Shown here: positions 18,604 through 25,485 of the stretch, piece by piece
Numbering within the stretch: the stretch's first letter is position 1
How the letters are laid out: every line of letters begins with the position of its first letter
Source: an uncultured Anaerolineae bacterium
Lineage (GTDB): Bacteria > Chloroflexota > Anaerolineae > Aggregatilineales > Aggregatilineaceae
DNA length: 25,485 nucleotides
Reading direction: 5' to 3'
Assembly (NCBI GenBank): GCA_965554365.1
Contig: CBEVZO010000001.1
Location: forward strand, 1-25,485
The notes under the pieces: generated by a model
Told to the model about the DNA's origin: nothing
The model's input: only the letters and a program-made list of their open reading frames with translations
Databases searched by the model: none
Made by a program: the position numbers and the translations under genes

Positions 18604-19158
18604 ATGGTTCAATTTCTTGCAATTTTCGTAGCGCCGCTGCTGAATTTGCCGCTCATCCGGCGCATTCGCCGCAATCATGGCTTTGAACACGCGACGATCC
18701 ACGTCCTGAGTCGCAAGGTGAAAAACCTAAGCATGGCGGGGCGCGCCACCAACACCGGTTTTTTCCTGTATGGCAATGTGCCCACTGAGGAAATCGAAGC
18801 GGCGGTATTGGAAGCGTTGCAGCGCATGAAGAACGGCGAACACCGGCTGGCGATCCATCCCAACTGTGGCACGGGTTTGGTGACGGCAGGCTTTATGACT
18901 AGCATCACGACAATGCTCGTCACAGCGGGGATGCGCAACACCGTCTCGGACCGGCTCTCGCGGTTGCCCAGCGTGATCTTGCTCTCCACACTTTCGCTGA
19001 TTCTCGCGCAGCCGTTGGGATTGGCGCTGCAAGAGTATTTCACCACGCTCGGCGAGATGGGCGATATGGAGATCGTGAGCATCAATCGCTCGGAGTTCTC
19101 GGTTCCGCTGGCGGGCCAACGCCTGACCGTACATTTTGTCCGCACGCGTTCGAACTAA
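18604..19158 (+). CDS. Conserved membrane-associated hypothetical protein (DUF6391-like)
   Basis: RRNHGFEHATIHVL and LAIHPNCGT match my recollection of DUF6391 proteins; two C-terminal hydrophobic segments. Family assignment is from memory, not searched. Confidence 0.7.
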   Translation: MVQFLAIFVAPLLNLPLIRRIRRNHGFEHATIHVLSRKVKNLSMAGRATNTGFFLYGNVPTEEIEAAVLEALQRMKNGEHRLAIHPNCGTGLVTAGFMTSITTMLVTAGMRNTVSDRLSRLPSVILLSTLSLILAQPLGLALQEYFTTLGEMGDMEIVSINRSEFSVPLAGQRLTVHFVRTRSN

Positions 19159-19170
19159 CACACGCCAACT

Positions 19171-20166
19171 ATGACTACTAAAGCTGCCGCCCCCACATTT
19201 TACGTGCTGCACGGCGAGGATGAATTCAGCCGCCGCGCGGCAGTGCAGACGATGCGCGATCAGATGGGCGATCCGACCACTGCCGATTTGAACACCGCAG
19301 TCTTCGATGGCAAAAACGCCTCCGTGAGTGATGTCTTGGCGGCGGCCCGTGCGATGCCATTCCTGAGCGATAAGCGGCTCGTGATCGTCGAGGGAATGCT
19401 GAATTGGCTGTCGCGTAAGGGGGCGGGCAAAAGCGGCAAAGCGGAGCTTGAGACGCTGCGCGATGGCTTGAGCGCGCTGCCGGACTCGGCACGCGTTGTG
19501 TTTGTGGAGCATGGGAAACTTTCCGCGCGCAACATTATCCTGAAGGCCGCTAAAGAGATTCGCGGCGGTTATCACAAGGAATTCAATCCCCCACACAACC
19601 CGCAGCAGTGGATCATGAACCGGGCACGCGACGAATATGAGGCTGAGATTGATCGGCAGGGCGCGACGGCGTTGGCGACGTTGGTCGCGGGCAACATGCG
19701 CGCGGCAGACAGCGAACTCGCTAAGCTGGTAGCGTATGTGAACTACGAACGGCCCATCACTGAGGCGGATGTGGCACAGATGACTGCATATGTGGTCGAG
19801 GCCAACGTGTTTGAGATGGTGGACGCGATTGGCCGGCGCGATGGTGCAACGGCGGTCTGGTTGATGCACCGCTTGCTGGACAACAGCGAACCATTGCAAC
19901 TGTTCGGCATGATTGTACGCCAGTTCCGGTTGTTGATTCTGGCGCGCGAACATCTCAACCAGGGCGGCACACCTGCCGACACGGGGCAAGCGATTGGCGC
20001 GCATCCGTTTGTGGGCAAAAAAGTCGCGGAACAGGCGCGCGTGTTTTCGCAGGATCAGCTTGAACGCATTTACCGCTTTTTGCTAGAAACAGACCTCAGT
20101 ATCAAAACCGGTAAAGTCGAGGCGGCCCTCGCGCTCGATCTCCTCATCGCTAGAGTTTCCTCCTAA
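19171..20166 (+). CDS. holA: DNA polymerase III subunit delta
   Basis: FYVLHGED, AMPFLSDKRLVIV, ELAKL, NVFEMVDAI, LFGMIVRQFRLL, HPFVGKK and DLSIKTG are typical HolA segments. Confidence 0.93.
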   Translation: MTTKAAAPTFYVLHGEDEFSRRAAVQTMRDQMGDPTTADLNTAVFDGKNASVSDVLAAARAMPFLSDKRLVIVEGMLNWLSRKGAGKSGKAELETLRDGLSALPDSARVVFVEHGKLSARNIILKAAKEIRGGYHKEFNPPHNPQQWIMNRARDEYEAEIDRQGATALATLVAGNMRAADSELAKLVAYVNYERPITEADVAQMTAYVVEANVFEMVDAIGRRDGATAVWLMHRLLDNSEPLQLFGMIVRQFRLLILAREHLNQGGTPADTGQAIGAHPFVGKKVAEQARVFSQDQLERIYRFLLETDLSIKTGKVEAALALDLLIARVSS

Positions 20167-20190
20167 GAATCACAAAATCCTCATACTGCT

Positions 20191-20212
20191 CCCCCCCCCT
20201 ATTTTTAGGGGG
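20191..20212 (+). terminator. Short hairpin after holA including a C9 tract
   Basis: CCCCCTA-TTTT-TAGGGGG stem-loop followed by TT; weak U-tail. Confidence 0.4.
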
Positions 20213-20236
20213 TTCGTCTATTTTGACCACATGGGC

Positions 20237-20263
20237 GTAACTTTGCCCCTGCGTTTTGCGTAT
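20237..20263 (+). promoter_or_regulatory. ECF sigma-type promoter candidate for the GlsB/YeaQ/YmgE-STAS pair
   Basis: GTAAC-TTTGCCCCTGCGTTTT-GCGTAT; same 16-nt spacing as the sites at 2235-2263 and 6260-6288, with one mismatch in each box. Confidence 0.5.
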
Positions 20264-20316
20264 AGATTTACAGCAGCACGGATTGAGGGATGCACAACAC
20301 AAAGAAAGAGCATGTC

Positions 20317-20586
20317 ATGCCAGGGTTATGTGGGTGTTTGCAATGCCTGTGGGTGATCGTCATCGGTGGCGCTGCCGGGTATATGGCTGGGTACGTGATC
20401 CGAGGACGCGGGTACAACCCCATCGGCAATGTGTTGCTCGGCATGGCAGGCTTTTTCGTAGGCGGTCTGTTCTTTGGACGCCTCGGCAATGCGGGGCCGT
20501 GTGGCGCGGTGATCGTTTCGTTTCTCGGCGCACTGGTCCTGATCTTCCTGGTGCGTGTTTTTCTGGATGATGATTTCGCGGGGTAG
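20317..20586 (+). CDS. GlsB/YeaQ/YmgE (transglycosylase-associated) family small membrane protein
   Basis: IVIGGAAGYMAGYVIRGRGYNPIGNVLLGMAGFFVGG...SFLGALVLIFLVR, a Gly-rich three-helix pattern. Start could be ATG 20290. Confidence 0.85.
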   Translation: MPGLCGCLQCLWVIVIGGAAGYMAGYVIRGRGYNPIGNVLLGMAGFFVGGLFFGRLGNAGPCGAVIVSFLGALVLIFLVRVFLDDDFAG

Positions 20587-20636
20587 CTCTGTATACGCTG
20601 CCATCGTAGGACGTAAGATAGAAGTTTAGAGGGAAC

Positions 20637-21026
20637 ATGATCATGCTGGGACAACTCATACAAGCTGCGCCTAACCGCGTACAATTGGTCGAGGTCATCG
20701 GGCGCATCGACACGGACAACGCACACACTGTCGATCAGATCGTCCAGGCGGCGTTAGTGGCCGGGCGGTCGGTGATTTTGCTGGATGTCCACAGCGTGGA
20801 ATACATCAACAGCGCCGGGTTGCGCACGTTGGTGCAGTTGTTCAAGCAGATTGTGCGGCGCGGCGGACGGTTGATCCTGATTAACCCCTCCGAGAATGTG
20901 CAAAAACTGTTGGAACTCGTGGGCCTGGACAATGTGTTCGACATTCATTATGACGCACAGTGGAATACGGCGGCATCATCGGCGAGGCTGCCTGCTGCGA
21001 GCCGGGAGATATGCTATTGTCACTAG
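20637..21026 (+). CDS. STAS-domain anti-sigma-factor antagonist (RsbV/SpoIIAA-like)
   Basis: GRIDT, ILLDVHSVEYINSAGLRTL with the phosphorylatable Ser, LILINPSENV, LELVGL. Confidence 0.9.
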   Translation: MIMLGQLIQAAPNRVQLVEVIGRIDTDNAHTVDQIVQAALVAGRSVILLDVHSVEYINSAGLRTLVQLFKQIVRRGGRLILINPSENVQKLLELVGLDNVFDIHYDAQWNTAASSARLPAASREICYCH

Positions 21027-21046
21027 ACACAGCTTTTACCCATGCA

Positions 21047-21090
21047 GCGGGCGGATCGTGGTGTTGACCATCGACGATCCGCCCGTTTTG
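21047..21090 (+). terminator. Intrinsic terminator after the STAS gene
   Basis: Perfect 12-bp stem CGGGCGGATCGT (21048-21059) / ACGATCCGCCCG (21074-21085) followed by TTTTGTT. Confidence 0.8.
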
Positions 21091-21417
21091 TTGTATTGGT
21101 AGACCATGATATGCGCTGTATTGTCGGTTAGGGTGTGATGTAGGAAAATGTGCAACTAACACCAGACAAGGCGCTTGACCGCAGCCCTCAATCCCAACGT
21201 CAGTATTTCGACGACTTCTCCAGTTATCATGTTCTGATGTACGGGCTCGTTATTCTTCGCGCGCGCGGAAAATTTGGTCGTTCAACCTTCCGTCACCCTA
21301 CGCTTGACGATTGCTCCTGACGACTGCTTTTCGTTCATCTTTACAGGCGTGAGCTGATCGCCTACAGTGAAAATAACTCAGATCGTGTTAAAAGATGCAT
21401 ACGCAGGAGTATTTCCA

Positions 21418-22575
21418 ATGTCACGACGTAACTATCTCCTAATTGCTGTATTGGTGGCAGCTTGGATGTTGCCGTTCCAACGTGTTGCCGCCCAGACTTC
21501 TCCCCAGAGGCCTGTGCTTGCCTTGCACAGCGGTCCCGGTGTGGAGTTTCAGGTAATCGGCGAGGTGCCAGTAGGCAGTATCTTTTTCCTCACCGCACGT
21601 AATCCTGATGGAACATGGTTGTTCGTCGTGACGTCGAATCACGCCCAACGCGGTTGGGTACCTGCGCAGTACATCACATTTAGCACTGTGAACATGGCGC
21701 GCTTGCCGATCAACGCAGAGGGTGTCGCGCTCGTTGAGCAACCTGTCATCAACACAACCGTTCGTACTCCGATTGGCTTTAATCTGCCCGTGATCGAGCG
21801 CATCGATCTTGCCGCCTATCCAGTGGTAGGATCGGCGACTCCAACCGCCCGCGCGATCTATCAACGGGGGCAGGCGATGGGGCGCGATCCACACCAGCTT
21901 GCCAAGGTGGGCGACTGCGCAACCGAACACGAGTATTTTCTCAAACACTTCACATGGGACAGGTACAATCTGGGCGAATACGTCGCGTTGCAGCCTGTGA
22001 TTGATTTCTATGGCGAGTCAATGGATGATCTCAGTTATGCGGCGTCGGTCGGGTTTGTGACAGGCGCTGTAATGGACCCGATTTGGGCCAATCCTGAAGT
22101 GTGCCAACCGGACGAATCGCCCCTGGCGTGCGAGTACCGCGTGCATAATCCGAGCGTGGCCGTGATCATGCTCGGTACACAGGATGTGCTGCTGATGACA
22201 CCGGAACAATTCGATGCCGCGTTGCGCGAAGTCGTCCAGCAGACGGTAGACGCTAACATCGTGCCGATTCTGAGTACTTTTCCTGGCAATGTGGAACTTT
22301 GGGAAAAGTCGCTGCAATTTAACAAAATTGTGATCAACATCGCGCTCGATTTTGACATCCCGCTGATTAATTTGTGGCTGGCGCTCGAAGGGGTGCCCGA
22401 ACACGGATTGGTAGATGGCAATCACCTGTCATTCCCGCTCACGACTGCGGCGGATCTGACCCAACCAAACTTGACCACTGGCTATCCCACACGTAACCTG
22501 GTGACACTGCAAACGTTGGACAGCGTGTGGCGGTCGGTGACGGCTGGTGAGATGGTGGTCACACGCAGCTTTTAG
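21418..22575 (+). CDS. Secreted SH3b + SGNH/GDSL-fold hydrolase homologue with Cys at the nucleophile position
   Basis: ATG 21418 behind AGGAG; signal peptide ending VAA-Q. SH3b-like HSGPGVEFQVIG...GTW...GWVPAQY. SGNH blocks KVGDCAT (I), IMLGTQD (III) and DGNH (V). Confidence 0.8.
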   Translation: MSRRNYLLIAVLVAAWMLPFQRVAAQTSPQRPVLALHSGPGVEFQVIGEVPVGSIFFLTARNPDGTWLFVVTSNHAQRGWVPAQYITFSTVNMARLPINAEGVALVEQPVINTTVRTPIGFNLPVIERIDLAAYPVVGSATPTARAIYQRGQAMGRDPHQLAKVGDCATEHEYFLKHFTWDRYNLGEYVALQPVIDFYGESMDDLSYAASVGFVTGAVMDPIWANPEVCQPDESPLACEYRVHNPSVAVIMLGTQDVLLMTPEQFDAALREVVQQTVDANIVPILSTFPGNVELWEKSLQFNKIVINIALDFDIPLINLWLALEGVPEHGLVDGNHLSFPLTTAADLTQPNLTTGYPTRNLVTLQTLDSVWRSVTAGEMVVTRSF

Positions 22576-22672
22576 TGTGTGTGTGGTTTGGTCGCAAGTC
22601 GCTGTGCTTGCCCTGTTGTATTCATATTCTTTGGCGGGCGATCAACTTCGCCCATTCGTATTCATAGCTATA

Positions 22673-22681
22673 TGCTACAAT
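22673..22681 (+). promoter_or_regulatory. Extended -10 promoter candidate for kbl
   Basis: TG-C-TACAAT, ~55 nt upstream of the ATG. Confidence 0.45.
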
Positions 22682-22735
22682 AGCGAACAGATTCTAGAGT
22701 ATTTTGTAACTTAGACCTGATACAAGGAGTTTTGC

Positions 22736-23920
22736 ATGTCTGATGTAAAAACCGCGTGGATTCGTGACGAAATCGCGGGTTTGAAAGAGCTAGGTCTGTT
22801 CACTAACATCCGCACACTGGGCAGTCCACAGGGCGCGTGGCTTATTGTGGACGGCAAGCGGGTGTTGAACTTCTCCTCGAACAACTACCTGGGTCTCGCC
22901 AACCATCCTGAATTGATCGAAGCCGCAAAAAAGGCGATGGACGAGTACGGCGTGGGACCGGCGGCAGTGCGTACCATTGCAGGGACGATGGACATACACC
23001 TGGAGCTAGAACGGCGGCTTGCGGTGTTTAAAGGCGTTGAGGCAGCGGTCACATTCCAGAGTGGCTTCTCAGCGAACATCGCGACTATTCCGGCACTGGT
23101 GGGGCGCGATGACGTGATTTTCTCGGACCGCTTGAACCACGCGAGTATTATCGACGGGTGTCGTCTTTCGCGTGCCCGCATTGTGCCGTATCGCCACAAC
23201 GATCCCAACGACTTGCGCCAGCAGATCGCCGCGACCACCGAATACGGTCGCCGTCTGATCGTGACGGACGGTGTGTTCAGCATGGACGGTGACATTGCAC
23301 CTTTGCCCGCGCTCTACGAGATTGCGAACGACCATGAGATTCTGTTGATGGTCGATGACGCGCACGGTGAGGGCGTGCTAGGTCGGGGTGGACGCGGCAT
23401 CGTCGATCACTTCGGGTTGCACGGCAAGGTCGATGTGGAAGTCGGCACGTTGAGCAAGGCGTTTGGCGTGATGGGCGGTATTGTGGCAGGCAGTCAGGTG
23501 ATCGTCGATTGGCTGCGCCAGCGCGGACGCCCGTTCTTGTTCAGCAGTGCCATGACCGTCCCGGACGCGGCGGCGTGTATTGCGGCGATTGATGTGCTGG
23601 AAGCCAGCACGGAATTTGTGGACCGGCTGTGGAGCAACGCCCAATACTTCAAGGAAGGCATGAACGCGTTGGGCTTTGATACCGGGCATACGGAAACGCC
23701 GATTGTGCCGGTGATGTTGGGTGAAGCACCGTTGGCGCAGCAGTTCAGCAAGCGGCTGTTTGAGGAAGGCGTATTCGCGATGGCGATAGGGTTCCCGACC
23801 GTCGCGCGTGGGCTGGCGCGTATCCGTGTGATGAACAGCGCGACGCACTCCACCGAGGATCTGGATCAGGCGCTCGCGATCTTTGCTAAGGTTGGGCGCG
23901 AACTCGGCGTGATCGAATAG
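22736..23920 (+). CDS. kbl: Glycine C-acetyltransferase (2-amino-3-ketobutyrate CoA ligase) / AONS family PLP enzyme
   Basis: [39 protein letters not shown] and GTLSKAFG (PLP Lys); AAGGAG RBS. BioF activity cannot be excluded. Confidence 0.85.
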   Translation: MSDVKTAWIRDEIAGLKELGLFTNIRTLGSPQGAWLIVDGKRVLNFSSNNYLGLANHPELIEAAKKAMDEYGVGPAAVRTIAGTMDIHLELERRLAVFKGVEAAVTFQSGFSANIATIPALVGRDDVIFSDRLNHASIIDGCRLSRARIVPYRHNDPNDLRQQIAATTEYGRRLIVTDGVFSMDGDIAPLPALYEIANDHEILLMVDDAHGEGVLGRGGRGIVDHFGLHGKVDVEVGTLSKAFGVMGGIVAGSQVIVDWLRQRGRPFLFSSAMTVPDAAACIAAIDVLEASTEFVDRLWSNAQYFKEGMNALGFDTGHTETPIVPVMLGEAPLAQQFSKRLFEEGVFAMAIGFPTVARGLARIRVMNSATHSTEDLDQALAIFAKVGRELGVIE

Positions 23921-23954
23921 GCGGCGCGTAGCCACAGCAGCTACAAAAACACAT

Positions 23955-23990
23955 TGCCCGACAGCGAGTCGTTCATAATCGCGTCGGGCA
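23955..23990. terminator. Hairpin between convergent kbl and the hypothetical gene
   Basis: TGCCCGAC (23955-23962) / GTCGGGCA (23983-23990) plus inner GCGA/TCGC; AAAAAC upstream gives a U-tract on the minus strand. Confidence 0.6.
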
Positions 23991-24021
23991 GTTCTGATTC
24001 AGGATATACAATGTGGGCCGC

Positions 24022-24354
24022 TTACATCTGAAAGCCGGGCCGGAAGCGCACGATCTTACGCCGGTAGTTGGCGGCGTGTTCGAGTAACCGCTGTTCAAAT
24101 TCTGTCCATTTGGTGCTATCTAATGTGTCCTGAATAGTTTCCAGAGATTCGGCCACAAACTCGATTTGCCGCATCGGATGGTTGCCCCCCTGCGGACCAG
24201 GGATGGTATGAAAAGCCCGGAAGATGTACAGGCCTCGGTCATGTAACGCAGGGATCATTTCTGTCATCACGAACTGGTAGTAGGCTTCCGTTTCGCGCGT
24301 GGCGATATCGTAGAACAATATCAGTTTGTATCGCGGCGTGATCTGTCGAGTCAT
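24022..24354 (-). CDS. Small hypothetical protein, possibly NIPSNAP/dimeric alpha-beta-barrel-like
   Basis: 110 aa from ATG 24354: KLILFYDI...EAYYQFVMTEMIPAL...YIFRAFHT...KWTEFEQRL...GFQM. The beta-alpha-beta-beta-alpha-beta pattern is an inference; the longer start at 24453 overlaps amrS. Confidence 0.7.
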   Translation of the reverse strand: MTRQITPRYKLILFYDIATRETEAYYQFVMTEMIPALHDRGLYIFRAFHTIPGPQGGNHPMRQIEFVAESLETIQDTLDSTKWTEFEQRLLEHAANYRRKIVRFRPGFQM

Positions 24355-24410
24355 GGCTACGCATCGTTTCCTGCTTAAAGATACGGTAGATACATAATTA
24401 TCGTGTAACT

Positions 24411-25481
24411 TCACTGCCAGAGGCCGGGAATCGGCGTATTGCAGGTGGGACATACCCCGCCGGTACGCGCCAGCACATTCTCGCGCACCCTAAAGCCCAT
24501 GCGCTTGATGAGCGTGGTCTGGCACTGCGGGCAGCGCGTATTTTCCCATCCCTCGACCTGACCGGGTAGATTGCCCGTATACACGTAGTGCAGTCCGGCC
24601 TCTAAGCCAATTTCTGCGGCCCGCCGCAGCGTATCCGCCGGGGTGCGTCCCCGATCCGTCATTTTGTAATCGGGATGAAAGGCGGTCACATGCCAGGGGA
24701 TATCCGGTGAGATGCTGCGTACAAAGCGTGCGAGATCCCATAATTCTTCGCTGCTATCGTTGAAGTCCGGCACAACTAACGTCAGCACTTCCAGCCAGAT
24801 GCCGGCTTCATACACGCGTTTGATGGTATCCAGCACATGCTGCAACACGCCTCCGAGTTCCTTACGGTAGTGCTGATCCTGCATCGTTTTCAGGTCGATC
24901 TTGTAGCCGTCAAGCCAGGGCGTGAGTTGCTCAATGACTTCGGGCGTGCCGTTGCCGTTCGAGACATAGAGCGTACGCATTCCGGCCTGCTTGGCGCGCT
25001 TGAACACGTCTATCGCCCACTCGGTTGTGATCAGCGGTTCATTATACGTGCTGGCGACCGCACGGGCACGCCGAGTTTTGCCCATTGCGATCATCTCTGG
25101 TGCAGTGATCGGCATGGCGTCGCGTCCGGCGCGATCATCGCGCAGCGTCTGCGAAATCTGCCAGTTCTGGCAGTAGCTGCACCGGAAGTCGCAGCCCAAC
25201 ATGCCAAAGCTCAACACATTCGCGCCCGGTAGGACATGGAAAAATGGCTTCTTTTCCACTGGATCAACGGCCAACGATGACACGTAGCCATGCGGAACGC
25301 GCAGCGTGCCCCCATCATTGTAGCGCACCTGACAAATGCCGCGCCGCCCGTCTTTGAGCAAGCAGCGGTGGGCGCACGCGGTACAGCGGATGGTCTTGCT
25401 CTCAGCATCCACTACGTCAAACAGCGCGCCGGGCACAGTCATGCGATCCAGTTGATTTTGAAATGTTGCCGCAGCAGACAT
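24411..25481 (-). CDS. amrS: AmmeMemoRadiSam system radical SAM enzyme
   Basis: N-terminal CTACAHRC...GICQVR, AVDPVEKKPFFH, radical SAM motif GCDFRCSYCQNWQIS, TYNEP, IPWHVTAFHPDYK and C-terminal CPQC...CPTC. Confidence 0.92.
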   Translation of the reverse strand: MSAAATFQNQLDRMTVPGALFDVVDAESKTIRCTACAHRCLLKDGRRGICQVRYNDGGTLRVPHGYVSSLAVDPVEKKPFFHVLPGANVLSFGMLGCDFRCSYCQNWQISQTLRDDRAGRDAMPITAPEMIAMGKTRRARAVASTYNEPLITTEWAIDVFKRAKQAGMRTLYVSNGNGTPEVIEQLTPWLDGYKIDLKTMQDQHYRKELGGVLQHVLDTIKRVYEAGIWLEVLTLVVPDFNDSSEELWDLARFVRSISPDIPWHVTAFHPDYKMTDRGRTPADTLRRAAEIGLEAGLHYVYTGNLPGQVEGWENTRCPQCQTTLIKRMGFRVRENVLARTGGVCPTCNTPIPGLWQ

Positions 25482-25485
25482 TGTT

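Noticed and set aside
18727-20004. 425-aa minus-strand ORF over the DUF gene and holA
   Set aside because: Overlaps two clearly real plus-strand genes; no recognisable motif.
21267-21296. GGAAA...CCGTCA as a fourth ECF promoter
   Set aside because: Spacing is 2 nt longer than the three matching sites and both boxes deviate.
1-25485. CRISPR array, IS/transposase, integrase, prophage, tRNA or rRNA
   Set aside because: I saw no regularly spaced repeats, no terminal inverted repeats with a transposase, no phage or integrase motifs and no RNA-gene signatures; composition looks uniform by eye.

Overview
25.5 kb of ordinary-looking, GC-rich bacterial chromosome. Gene content and sequence style suggest Chloroflexota, Anaerolineae-like (inference). 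I saw no mobile element, CRISPR array, rRNA or tRNA. There are 16 well-supported CDSs. In order: a secreted VIT+VWA (inter-alpha-inhibitor-like) protein running off the left edge, a Trm112-like/SAM methyltransferase, a degenerate membrane M28 peptidase homologue, pncB, a ~1970-aa thioester alpha-2-macroglobulin with four N-terminal Ig-like domains, a stand-alone receiver protein, nifJ, a HAD-sortase-DUF6391-like-holA run, a GlsB/YeaQ/YmgE-STAS pair, a secreted SH3b-SGNH protein, kbl, a small hypothetical protein and amrS. The strongest unannotated signal is an identically spaced ECF-sigma-type promoter, G(G/T)AAC-N16-GCGT(C/A)T, upstream of the VIT-VWA gene, the alpha-2-macroglobulin gene and the GlsB-STAS pair. 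This suggests an envelope-stress/protease-defence regulon built around two bacterial homologues of animal plasma protease inhibitors. Other notable items are an M28 homologue that appears to have lost 4 of 5 Zn ligands plus the catalytic Glu, an SGNH-fold protein with Cys at the nucleophile position, an HxxEH motif in the DUF protein, a switch-like structured region upstream of pncB, and related hairpins flanking the macroglobulin gene. All functional interpretations come from motif reading by eye; no searches were run.
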